A stretch of 64,000 nucleotides of DNA, from contig CAVSQB010000023.1 in the NCBI GenBank assembly GCA_963729895.1, positions 14,030-78,029 on the forward strand, in the 5' to 3' direction. The position numbers and the translations under genes were made by a program. The DNA is from an uncultured Fibrobacterota bacterium (GTDB lineage: Bacteria > Fibrobacterota > Chitinivibrionia > Chitinivibrionales > FEN-1185). A model generated the notes under the pieces. It was given only the letters and a program-made list of their open reading frames with translations, did no database searches and was not told the DNA's origin. Shown here one piece after another: positions 28,433 through 37,511 of the stretch. Position 1 is the first letter of the stretch; each line of letters opens with the position of its first letter.

Positions 28433-29289
28433 TGCCGAACCAGAGGCTCGCACGAGGCGGCGGCTTTGTGGAGCGCACCATACTCGGTACGGTTTCTCTT
28501 CTTAAGGAGACCGTTTCGGTGGAACGCATTGCGGTGCGCAAAGGATTTCTGCAGCGCCGGGATGCCCGGTTCAAATGCCTGGCCGCGGCACTGCTTCTGT
28601 GCGCCGTGTTGATTACCAGGAGCATCGCTGAATTGTCCGTACTGTACGCGGCAATTATCTGCGTTGCTCTCGTCTCGTCAATCGGCCTGCTGTACTTTCT
28701 CGAACGCACGATGCTTTTCATCCCGATTTTTTCCCTGTTCATCGTCGTACCCGCGATTTTCAGCGCCGTTACTCCCGGCGAGCCGCTGGTATCTTTCAAG
28801 CTGTTTGCATGGGACCTGTCGATTACGCGGCAGGGAGTGGATTCTGCGATTATTTTCTTCATGCGCGTGCTCGACTCGGTGTCCGTTGCCGTCCTGCTTG
28901 TACTTACGACGCGGCAACACGTGCTGCTCAGAACCCTCCGGGTTTTTCGCGTGCCGCAGCTGTTTGTCATGACGATGGGCATGAGCTACCGGTACATTTT
29001 TCTCCTGCTTGACGTAATCCAAAAGACGTTTATCGCTATAAAGAGTCGCGTGGGATACGTCTCGTCAACCAAGCAGGGCCGCAGCCTCGTCGCCTCGCAC
29101 GTGGCCGGGCTGTGGCTCCGCTCCTATCGCCTGCATTCACAGGTGTACGATGCCATGCTCGCGCGCGGGTATTCGGGCGAGGCATACATGCTCGACGAAT
29201 TCGGCGCCCGGGCGCCCGACATTGTCCTTCTTCTTACCGCGCTTTGTGCGCTGATCGGAACTCTATGGCTCAACCTGTCTTTTCACTGA
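28432..29289 (+). CDS. cbiQ: ECF transporter T component CbiQ/NikQ
   Basis: DARFK, MSYRYIFLL, KSR and MLARGY motifs. Confidence 0.9.
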   Translation: MPNQRLARGGGFVERTILGTVSLLKETVSVERIAVRKGFLQRRDARFKCLAAALLLCAVLITRSIAELSVLYAAIICVALVSSIGLLYFLERTMLFIPIFSLFIVVPAIFSAVTPGEPLVSFKLFAWDLSITRQGVDSAIIFFMRVLDSVSVAVLLVLTTRQHVLLRTLRVFRVPQLFVMTMGMSYRYIFLLLDVIQKTFIAIKSRVGYVSSTKQGRSLVASHVAGLWLRSYRLHSQVYDAMLARGYSGEAYMLDEFGARAPDIVLLLTALCALIGTLWLNLSFH

Positions 29290-30095
29290 GCGGCGCTTCC
29301 TTCTCCTATCCCGGCGGGATTCAGGCGCTGAACGACATCACGCTCTCTTTCAACGCCGGTGAGCGCGCGGCAATAATCGGCGCAAACGGCACGGGCAAGT
29401 CTACGCTTCTGATGCTGCTTGATGGTTTGATTTTTGCCGACAAGGGCGCAGTGTGCGCGTTTGGAAAAGACCTCACCGAAAAATCCATGCGGGACCCCCT
29501 GGTTCAGCGCGAATTCCGACGCCGGGTCGGATTTGTGTTTCAAAACCCCGAGGTGCAGCTCTTTTGCCCGACGGTCAGGGAAGACGTCGTGTTCGGGCCG
29601 CTGCAGCTTGGCGTCGACCACCGGACTATTCGCCAGAGGCTCGATGCAATCGCGGACAAAATGAGAATATCGCACCTTCTCGACCGGTCGCCGCACCAGC
29701 TTTCCATCGGCGAAAAGAAGAAGGCAGCTATCGCTTCGATGCTCGTAATGGAACCCGAAGTCCTGTTGCTTGATGAGCCCACCGCCGGGCTGGACCCGCA
29801 GACGACCAGGGACATAATTGAGGTTCTCCACCAGGCACATTCGGCAGGCCGCACCGTGGTCATGGCCACGCACGATCTGTATATCGTTGAGGAGATTGCC
29901 GATGTGGTGCACGTGTTCGGAAGCGAGAGGACCGTCATCAGGTCAGGCAGCGGGGAAGAAATACTTGCGGACAACCCATTTTTGCAGGCCAACAATCTCG
30001 TCCACATTCACGTTCACAGGCACCTTAACGTAACGCATACGCATCCGCACGACCACGGCCACACACATGGCCGCGACATCAGTTCCTTCCGGTGA
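29265..30095 (+). CDS. cbiO: ECF transporter ATPase CbiO/NikO with His-rich tail
   Basis: GANGTGKST, VFQNPEVQLF, LSIGEKKK and LLDEPTAGLDP. C-terminal HIHVHRHLNVTHTHPHDHGHTH. Confidence 0.92.
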   Translation: MAQPVFSLSGASFSYPGGIQALNDITLSFNAGERAAIIGANGTGKSTLLMLLDGLIFADKGAVCAFGKDLTEKSMRDPLVQREFRRRVGFVFQNPEVQLFCPTVREDVVFGPLQLGVDHRTIRQRLDAIADKMRISHLLDRSPHQLSIGEKKKAAIASMLVMEPEVLLLDEPTAGLDPQTTRDIIEVLHQAHSAGRTVVMATHDLYIVEEIADVVHVFGSERTVIRSGSGEEILADNPFLQANNLVHIHVHRHLNVTHTHPHDHGHTHGRDISSFR

Positions 30096-30135
30096 TTTTG
30101 GCAGAATCCATCGATGCATGACGCGCAGGCGAGGG

Positions 30136-30171
30136 AGAAAAGAAAGACCGCCCGGGATTTCCCGGGCGGTC
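30136..30171 (-). terminator. Intrinsic terminator
   Basis: Minus strand GACCGCCCGGG-AAAT-CCCGGGCGGTC followed by TTTCTTTTCT. Confidence 0.8.
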
Positions 30172-30214
30172 ATGACACAAACCCCATAGTCGAAAAATTC
30201 ACATCGAAGAAAAA

Positions 30215-30631
30215 TTACTGAGCAGGAGCTGCGGCAGGCTCAGCAGCGGCCTTCTTGTCGGCTTTCTTCATTTTTTCGGCTTTGGGAGCTGCAGGAGCGG
30301 CAACGGTAATCTTCTCGGCAACCTTCTTACCGTCGACCATTTTGCAGGTAATCGTCAGTTTGGAATCGGCCTTGATATCGCCGAGCTGTACAGTCTCTTT
30401 TCCGCTCATGATCTTCGCGGCAGCGTCAACAGAGAGAGTATCATCTTTCTTTCCAACTTTTACGATAATCGTGTTGGCAACAGCGTCAGCGGAAACAAAT
30501 GTTCCCTTAATGGGAGCTGCAGATTCCTTCTTTGCGCCTTTTGCAGCTTTGGGAGCGGGAGCAGCGGCTTCCTGAGCGATCAGAAGGCTTGTGCATGCGA
30601 GAACGGCGATCAACACCTTGGCGAACTTCAT
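30215..30631 (-). CDS. Small secreted Ala/Lys/Pro-rich beta-barrel (OB-like) protein
   Basis: Signal peptide MKFAKVLIAVLACTSLLIA and strong SD AAGGAG. Has its own sigma54 promoter and terminator. Confidence 0.75.
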   Translation of the reverse strand: MKFAKVLIAVLACTSLLIAQEAAAPAPKAAKGAKKESAAPIKGTFVSADAVANTIIVKVGKKDDTLSVDAAAKIMSGKETVQLGDIKADSKLTITCKMVDGKKVAEKITVAAPAAPKAEKMKKADKKAAAEPAAAPAQ

Positions 30632-30722
30632 GAGACACTCCTTTTGTGATGGTTAAAAAGTTAATTAATATGGGGTTTGATTGTAACGGAAATCCTTGTT
30701 TGGCTAACCGGTCCTATGAAAA

Positions 30723-30738
30723 AGCAAACCATCTGCCA
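30723..30738 (-). promoter_or_regulatory. Sigma54 -24/-12 promoter
   Basis: Minus strand TGGCAGA-TGGT-TTGCT (GG-N10-GC), adjacent to an NtrC-family activator gene. Confidence 0.72.
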
Positions 30739-31004
30739 CAAGAAAGTAACTGTGTATTCAGTTACATAACTCGCTATATAATAATACATTGCAGCTGAGG
30801 TGTTATTCAGAAGATGGGAAAACGGAGAGACAACTTAATCGATTTAAATACGAAATGGTGCATAGACAGCATACCAAAAAGTAAATCCTCTCACGCATAA
30901 GGTTTGTTTACTGGACAAAGAATTGGGAGGCTGCCAGCAAGAAGAACCGAAACTAACCAGGAGGATCGACTAGAATTTCATAGACTCTGCTGATCAACCA
31001 CCCT

Positions 31005-32351
31005 CTAACCTTCTTTTAATCCGAATTTCTCAGCTCTGTATTGAAACGTCCGGTAGGTCATTCCCAGCAGCTTTGCGGCGTCGGCCATCACCCCTTTCGA
31101 ACGAAAAAGGGCCTGGGCGAGAATGCTTTTCTCCCATTCTTCAAAAACAAGGCCCTCCTCGGGCAGATCGCAGGCGGAAGACAGGGGTGCCGTTACGTGT
31201 GCTATGCGTAGTTCAAGAGGAAGATCCTCCGCTTTTATGAAATCGTGGCTTGACAATACAGTAATTCTCTCCATTACGGCTTCCAGTTCGCGCACGTTGC
31301 CGGGCCAGCCGTATTCCTTGATGAGTTTCATGGCCTCGTTGTCTACGGTCTTCGGCCGGCCGGAGCGGCTGATGAAGAACTTGACCAGAGCTTCGATGTC
31401 TTCGACGCGCTCACGAAGCGGCGGTATGGTGATGGGTATGATGTTGAGACGGTAGAACAGATCGTCGCGAAACGTCCCTTGCTTGATCGCCTCTTCCAGG
31501 TTCTTGTTTGTAGCGGCAATGATGCGGATGTCAACGGGAATACTCTTGATGCCGCCGACCCTCCTGATTTCGCGTTCCTGCAGCACGCGGAGCAGTTTTG
31601 CCTGCGTCGACAGGGACATGTCGGCGACTTCGTCGAGAAACAAAGTGCTCCCATCCGCGGATTCGACAAGGCCGGTCCTGCGATTCTGCGCGCCGGTAAA
31701 TGCACCCTTTTCGTAACCGAAAAGTTCCGATTCGAGCAGGGTTTCGGGAAACGCCGCGCAGTTTATGCTCTGCATGGGCTTTCGCCCCCGATTACTTTGA
31801 TAGTGAATGAGCCGGGCAATTCGTTCCTTGCCCGTACCGGACTCGCCGCGAACCAGTACGGTGGAATCGCTGGCAGCCACGCGTTTCACGATTTCCAGAA
31901 CATTTTTCATGACGCTCGACTCCGCGACAAGCCCGGTGGTGAGTTGCTTTGTAAGCTCGGCGCGAAGCTGCTCGCCCTCTTCGCGCAGCAGGTATTTCTC
32001 GGCCGCCCGCTGCACGACAAGGATGAGTTCATCACGTTCGAGCGGCTTGTTGAGATAATCATATGCGCCTGAGCGGATGGCTTTGACCGCGGTTTCAACA
32101 GACCCGAAGGCCGTGATGACAACAATTTCGGGGCGAACGACAAGTTTTGCCACTTCTTCCACAAGCACAAGCCCGCTTTTGCCCGGCATTTTGAGGTCGG
32201 TGAGCACAACCTGCGGCCGGTTGTCGTAGATCTGGGCAAGGGCTTCGTCAACGGTAGCGGCAACAAGAAGCGAATGTCCTTGGGAGCCAAGGATGCTCAC
32301 CATGATATTGCGCTGTCCTGCATCGTCGTCTACAACAAGAACTTTCGCCAT
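31005..32351 (-). CDS. Sigma54-dependent response regulator (NtrC/ZraR/AtoC family)
   Basis: Receiver (VVDDD, TDLKMP), AAA+ GESGTGKE, ESELFGYEKGAFTGA, WPGNVREL and Fis-type HTH. Confidence 0.95.
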   Translation of the reverse strand: MAKVLVVDDDAGQRNIMVSILGSQGHSLLVAATVDEALAQIYDNRPQVVLTDLKMPGKSGLVLVEEVAKLVVRPEIVVITAFGSVETAVKAIRSGAYDYLNKPLERDELILVVQRAAEKYLLREEGEQLRAELTKQLTTGLVAESSVMKNVLEIVKRVAASDSTVLVRGESGTGKERIARLIHYQSNRGRKPMQSINCAAFPETLLESELFGYEKGAFTGAQNRRTGLVESADGSTLFLDEVADMSLSTQAKLLRVLQEREIRRVGGIKSIPVDIRIIAATNKNLEEAIKQGTFRDDLFYRLNIIPITIPPLRERVEDIEALVKFFISRSGRPKTVDNEAMKLIKEYGWPGNVRELEAVMERITVLSSHDFIKAEDLPLELRIAHVTAPLSSACDLPEEGLVFEEWEKSILAQALFRSKGVMADAAKLLGMTYRTFQYRAEKFGLKEG

Positions 32352-32372
32352 TTCTTTTCCTTCACAAAGTCA

Positions 32373-33833
32373 TTACACAGGTGCGGATGCCGTTTGTTGG
32401 AGAGAAACGCCTTCATCCTGATTGTCAAGAGGCAGAAGAATTTCAAACTGGGCTCCGCCTTCGGGGCGGTTTCCTGCAGTAATGGTACCGGCATGTTCCT
32501 CGATTATCCTTCGGGCGAGCGCAAGTCCAAGCCCGGTCCCGCCGGGCCGCTTGCTGAAATACGGTTCAAAGATTCGTTGCAGGTTTTCCTGAGCTATGCC
32601 GGCTCCGGTATCCATGATCTTTATGAGCACGCGGCGATCGCTGACGGGTTGCACCAAACAGTAAATTGCGCCGTTTTCAGGTACAGCTTCAATTGCGTTG
32701 AGAAACAGGTTAAGAAACACAAGCCGCATCTGTTCGATGTCCGCGTTAATTTCCTGCGACGGAGTGCCGGTAAAGGCAAGGGATATGTGTTTCGCAATCA
32801 CCTGCTGCTTGATGAGTATCTGAAGCTGTTCAAAAAGTTCTCCAAGGGGGAATTTGGTTTTTTTGAGCCGCGAGGGCCTGCCTATCGTAAGAAACTCGTT
32901 CACCATTTTGTTAAGCTGCTGTACCTCCGCTTTAAGGGCGGCAATCAGTTCCGCGTAGGAGCTGCGGCGGTCCTCGTTTTCCGGAACATACTCATGCCCC
33001 AGATGATCGGCCGTGAGGTTGATGAGGTTGAGCGGGTTCCGTATTTCGTGCGCAAGGCTCGACGCCATTTCCGCAAGTATCGCGTGGCGTTCCAGCGTGC
33101 GCAGCTTGTCCTCGAGTTGCTTTTGGACGCTCAGCTTTTGCGTCATGGTGTTGAACGATTTTGTCAACCGTCCCACCTCGTCGCGGCCGGAATGGTGAAG
33201 TTGCAAGGTAAGATCGCCCGACGCCACGTGCTCCGCGGCGACCGAAAGCTCGCGAAGCGGCTTGTTAAGACGGTACAGGACAAAAAACGATACCAAGAAC
33301 ATGATGAAGAGCGCAATGGATGCGATGGTGACGGTTCTCAGGTTTAACTGGCGCGTAAGAATGCCGAAATCATTCACAACGATGGATGTTTGAAGGACGC
33401 CGATGACCTTGTTATTCTGGATAATAGGGACCTGGACAAAATCGTAACGTACCGGCCTTCCGGCGGAATCTTCTGCGCCGTATTGCGCCTTGACGATAAT
33501 CTCCTTTCCGGAAAGCAGGTTGCTCTTTTGACCTACCTTTTTGGGATTGCTGCTGGCAACGATTTTCTGGCTGCTCCCCACCACCGACACCTCGCGCACG
33601 GAGGTGTTGCTTTTGACTTCTTCAATGAATTTCTCCAGCGCCTCGGTATCGGGTCCCTTTCTTGCGGCAAGCTTCTGTGTCGAATAGTGCACCGTGTGTA
33701 CGATATCCTGAATATCGCTCTCAAACTGCCGGATAATGAGGTGCTCGAACTGTATGGTAAAGAACAGCATGAGCGCAACCACAATGATAAAGAACGGCGC
33801 AAAAACAAGAAAGAGTTTGGTTTGGAAACTCAT
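32373..33833 (-). CDS. Sensor histidine kinase (2 TM, HAMP, HisKA, HATPase)
   Basis: LAHEIRNPL, NLFLNAIEA, DTGAGI and GTGLGL. Confidence 0.95.
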   Translation of the reverse strand: MSFQTKLFLVFAPFFIIVVALMLFFTIQFEHLIIRQFESDIQDIVHTVHYSTQKLAARKGPDTEALEKFIEEVKSNTSVREVSVVGSSQKIVASSNPKKVGQKSNLLSGKEIIVKAQYGAEDSAGRPVRYDFVQVPIIQNNKVIGVLQTSIVVNDFGILTRQLNLRTVTIASIALFIMFLVSFFVLYRLNKPLRELSVAAEHVASGDLTLQLHHSGRDEVGRLTKSFNTMTQKLSVQKQLEDKLRTLERHAILAEMASSLAHEIRNPLNLINLTADHLGHEYVPENEDRRSSYAELIAALKAEVQQLNKMVNEFLTIGRPSRLKKTKFPLGELFEQLQILIKQQVIAKHISLAFTGTPSQEINADIEQMRLVFLNLFLNAIEAVPENGAIYCLVQPVSDRRVLIKIMDTGAGIAQENLQRIFEPYFSKRPGGTGLGLALARRIIEEHAGTITAGNRPEGGAQFEILLPLDNQDEGVSLQQTASAPV

Positions 33834-34033
33834 GGCACCGGATTGGAAAGAAGGTGGATTGCTGAAATATCAACTAAAATAGTACCTCTGCCGCAACAGG
33901 AAGCAAGATTTCTTGCGAGGGGGCGTCCAGTATGGGAGGGCCTCCTCATGCGAATCCGGAATTCGGCGGAACATCAAATTATGTATATTGAACACCGGAC
34001 GTAGCGAACGTGAATCTCCGCTCCCGACTTCTT

Positions 34034-35635
34034 ATGGCTACAGAAAAGAAAAAAGGCGCCGGCCGAGACGCTTTTATCAAGGTGACGATCCGAGGCGCGA
34101 GCACCGCAACCGTTCTTGCCCGCAGGGGGGATGTGTTGCTTGATGTACTGAGAAAGGCCGGGGCCGAGGTCTTTGCGCCCTGCGGCGGCAAAGGCATTTG
34201 CAGGAAGTGCCGCGTTGAAATCGCGGAAGAAGGAGCCCGATTTGCGTGTAAACACCTGCTTGGGCGCGACGTGGAGGTGGTCCTTCCGGCGCGCGGCAGG
34301 GCCCGTATTGTTGAATCGGCTCGTGGGAAGCCCAGAGCGGTTGATCCCTGTACCGGAATTGATGCAACGTGCACGCGCGGTCGTATCATGGTTTCCTACA
34401 AAGGCCGGCGAATCTGCACCTTTCAGGGGAGGCCGCGAGACGCACAAGACCGGTTCGGGCTGGCAATCGACATCGGCACCACCACCGTTGTTGTCTATCT
34501 TGAAGACCTGGCCTCCGGATCAACCGTCGGCACAAAATCATTTGTCAATCCTCAAACCGCGTATGGCCACGACGTCATAGCCAGGATTCAGTACACCGTG
34601 GAGCACCGAGAGGGGCTGCGAGTTCTGCGCGGCAGCCTTCTATCGGGAATCAACCAAGCGGTGAAGCGCGTGTGCAAGGAAAACGGGGTCGGCTACCGCG
34701 CCATCTACACCGCCGCCATTGCCGGCAACCCCACAATGCTCCACATTTTCCTGGGCAAAGATCCGTCCCCAATATCGCGTGCGCCCTACAGGCCTGTCTT
34801 CACAATTGCGCGCGACGCAACCGGAAAGGCCTGCGGACTTCGCATGAACCCGCGGGGAGTCGTTCGCGTGTTGCCGTCCGTGTCCGGCTATGTCGGCGCC
34901 GACATCACCGCCGGTATTGCCTCCACGCCGATGACCGACAGCAAGAACTTTTCCCTCTACCTCGATATTGGGACAAACGGAGAAATGGCAGTGGGCAACC
35001 GGGACGTTTTGTATTGCTGTTCGACTGCCGCAGGGCCCGCTTTTGAAGGCGCTACCCTTGAGTGCGGCATCGGCGGGATTGAAGGCGCAATATGCTCGTT
35101 TGCCGACGGCCGGTACGCCACCATCGGAAATTGTCCCCCTGCCGGGATCTGCGGATCGGGCATTGTGGACTGCGTGGCATGGCTTCTTACCAAAGGGATA
35201 ATCGACCGGAGCGGGCACATGGAGACAAACTATGTACTGGAGAAGAGCGAATACGCAGCCGCCGGACAGGATATCGTGATTACCCCGGGCGATGTGCGGA
35301 AAATTCAGCTCGCCAAGGCCGCTACGTACGCGGGGATACGAATACTCCTCAAGAGCGCGGGCATCAAAATTGACGCAATCAGAACCCTGTACCTCGCCGG
35401 CGCGTTCGGCACTTTCATGAACGTGAAAAGCGCGGCCTCAATCGGCATGATACCGCGCGAACTCCAAAACAGGGCTGTATCCATCGGCAATGCCGCGGGT
35501 ACGGGGGCTCGGCTCGCGCTGAAGTCGGTCCTGTTTGAGGATTCGGTGCGGAAAATCGCAGCAATGGCCCGTTATCTCGAACTGTCCGGACGGGAAGATT
35601 TTAATGAAGAGTATGTCAACACCATGGGGTTTTGA
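34034..35635 (+). CDS. ASKHA-domain [2Fe-2S] protein (RACo/DUF4445 family)
   Basis: CGGKGICRKC ferredoxin, IDIGTTT, LDIGTNGEM, AAGPAFEG, GICGSG and LAGAFG. Confidence 0.88.
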   Translation: MATEKKKGAGRDAFIKVTIRGASTATVLARRGDVLLDVLRKAGAEVFAPCGGKGICRKCRVEIAEEGARFACKHLLGRDVEVVLPARGRARIVESARGKPRAVDPCTGIDATCTRGRIMVSYKGRRICTFQGRPRDAQDRFGLAIDIGTTTVVVYLEDLASGSTVGTKSFVNPQTAYGHDVIARIQYTVEHREGLRVLRGSLLSGINQAVKRVCKENGVGYRAIYTAAIAGNPTMLHIFLGKDPSPISRAPYRPVFTIARDATGKACGLRMNPRGVVRVLPSVSGYVGADITAGIASTPMTDSKNFSLYLDIGTNGEMAVGNRDVLYCCSTAAGPAFEGATLECGIGGIEGAICSFADGRYATIGNCPPAGICGSGIVDCVAWLLTKGIIDRSGHMETNYVLEKSEYAAAGQDIVITPGDVRKIQLAKAATYAGIRILLKSAGIKIDAIRTLYLAGAFGTFMNVKSAASIGMIPRELQNRAVSIGNAAGTGARLALKSVLFEDSVRKIAAMARYLELSGREDFNEEYVNTMGF

Positions 35636-35742
35636 GAAACGTTCGATCCGTTTCCCTCCGAGGAAATTTGCAAATTCGCACGAGGCGGCAACATATTTTT
35701 TAAGAAACGGATCGTGCAAAAACAAGAAAGGGATTTCAAGGC

Positions 35743-36708
35743 ATGCGCATCCTTTCGGGCATCCAACCCTCGGGAACGCTTCACGTAGGTAATTTCCTCG
35801 GCATGATCCAGCCAATGGTTCAGTCACAGGACAACAGCGAGCTGTTCTGTTTCCTGGCCAACATGCACAGTCTCACATCGGTGTTTGAGGCGTCGCGGCT
35901 TCAATCGTTTACAAACGAAGCGATCATCGATCTGCTTGCACTTGGCATGGACCCCGAAAGATCGGTATTCTGGATACAGTCGGACGTACCGGAAGTCACG
36001 GAGCTTGCCTGGTATCTCAGCAATGTCACGCCCGTGGGACTTCTCGAACGCTGCCATTCCTACAAAGACAAGGTCGCAAAGAACCTGCCTGCCAACAACG
36101 GATTGTTTTCCTATCCGGTGCTCATGGCGGCCGACATTCTTATGTATCAAACAAACGTGGTGCCCGTCGGCAAAGACCAGAAGCAACACGTGGAAGTCGC
36201 GCGCGACATTGCCATCAAGTTCAACCAGGCCTACGGAGAGGCGTTTACCGTACCCGAGCCGCGCATCAGGGAAGAAGTTGCCGTGGTCCCCGGCATCGAC
36301 GGCCAGAAAATGTCGAAGTCGTACGGCAATACCCTGGACCTCTTCGCTCCCGAAAGTCAATTAAAGAAGAAGGTGATGAGCATCGTGACCGACCCGACGC
36401 CGCTTGAACAGCCGAAAGATCCCGGCAAGAGCACTGTATTTGCCATATACAAACTGTTCGCATCGCAGGAGAAGGTGACCTCAATGGAACAACGGCTTCG
36501 CGCGGGCGGGTATGGCTACGGCGATGCGAAAAAAGAGCTATTTTCCGCGCTGTGGGACTACTTCTTGCCTTATCGGAAAAGGCGGGAGGATATCAGCAAG
36601 AACCCTGATTACGTTGCCGAGGTCAGAAGAAAAGGCGCGCACAAGGCGCGGGAAGCAGGGCTCCCGACGCTCGAGAACGTGAGAAGATTGGTCGGTGTAA
36701 AAGCCTGA
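35743..36708 (+). CDS. trpS: Tryptophanyl-tRNA synthetase
   Basis: SGIQPSGTLHVGN, YPVLMAADIL, VPVGKDQKQH and KMSKS. Confidence 0.96.
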   Translation: MRILSGIQPSGTLHVGNFLGMIQPMVQSQDNSELFCFLANMHSLTSVFEASRLQSFTNEAIIDLLALGMDPERSVFWIQSDVPEVTELAWYLSNVTPVGLLERCHSYKDKVAKNLPANNGLFSYPVLMAADILMYQTNVVPVGKDQKQHVEVARDIAIKFNQAYGEAFTVPEPRIREEVAVVPGIDGQKMSKSYGNTLDLFAPESQLKKKVMSIVTDPTPLEQPKDPGKSTVFAIYKLFASQEKVTSMEQRLRAGGYGYGDAKKELFSALWDYFLPYRKRREDISKNPDYVAEVRRKGAHKAREAGLPTLENVRRLVGVKA

Positions 36709-36783
36709 GCAACCCGCCGGTCCGGACGATGTCCCGAGACGCGGTACGGCGAACTCAATTCCGAGTCGACTTCCTTCCGAAGG

Positions 36784-37443
36784 TTATGGTCCTCTCTTCA
36801 AGCGACCCCCCCGGTCTCCCGACAGCATACCGAAAAGTTTTTTCGCGCCGTCTTCCACGAGAGTAAGCGCCGGACTGTCCTCCTCCTGCTTGACCGCCAC
36901 ATTCCAAAGCGCCCTGTTTTCCGAAACGTCAATTATCGAGCACAGGTATTCGAGTTTCTTGTTAAAGATAGTCCCGTAGGAATTCACGGTGCCGGTCTTG
37001 TCGGGCCTGAGCCCCACCGACTGGAAATGGTACAGCCGCATCGCGTAGACGAGCACCACGACATCGATGCCGTCCGCCGCGAGGCGCCCACGCGCATCGG
37101 AAGGGAGGCTGTCGATGGTGTCGTTGACATAAGCGTATCTTGCATGCAGCAGGCTGTCGACGGCAGGATCCATTGCCTGCCATCCAAGCCGGGATTTTTG
37201 CACGATCTGCGCAAAATCTCTCAAGAATGCGTCTTGCGTTCTTGATTTGTCGATGCTGTGGTAGCTCTGGTTGGTAAACCTGTTCTCGTAGTAGATTTCC
37301 GACGATGTTACTATTGGTTTGCCGTAGGCAACATGCTTTGCGGCAATGGTCGAATAGGCGAACAAATCCGGCGTGTTTGTGGTCACGCGGGGCGGCGCGC
37401 ACATCAGAGCCGGCATGCAAAGCAGAAGCGCCAATTTTCTCAT
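36784..37443 (-). CDS. Putative lipoprotein
   Basis: MRKLALLLCMPALMC signal/lipobox-like N-terminus. The upstream extension in the ORF track overlaps another gene. Confidence 0.55.
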   Translation of the reverse strand: MRKLALLLCMPALMCAPPRVTTNTPDLFAYSTIAAKHVAYGKPIVTSSEIYYENRFTNQSYHSIDKSRTQDAFLRDFAQIVQKSRLGWQAMDPAVDSLLHARYAYVNDTIDSLPSDARGRLAADGIDVVVLVYAMRLYHFQSVGLRPDKTGTVNSYGTIFNKKLEYLCSIIDVSENRALWNVAVKQEEDSPALTLVEDGAKKLFGMLSGDRGGRLKRGP

Positions 37444-37511
37444 GAGGCGATCAACCGTCAGATCATGCCGGGAAAAGCAAGGGACGGGAAAGTCGTCTTT
37501 GGGGATCGGTG

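Noticed and set aside
32274..33347. 357-aa + strand ORF and similar long antisense ORFs (12279..13277, 26267..27232, 48796..49917)
   Set aside because: Each fully overlaps a well-supported gene on the opposite strand, as expected in GC-rich DNA.
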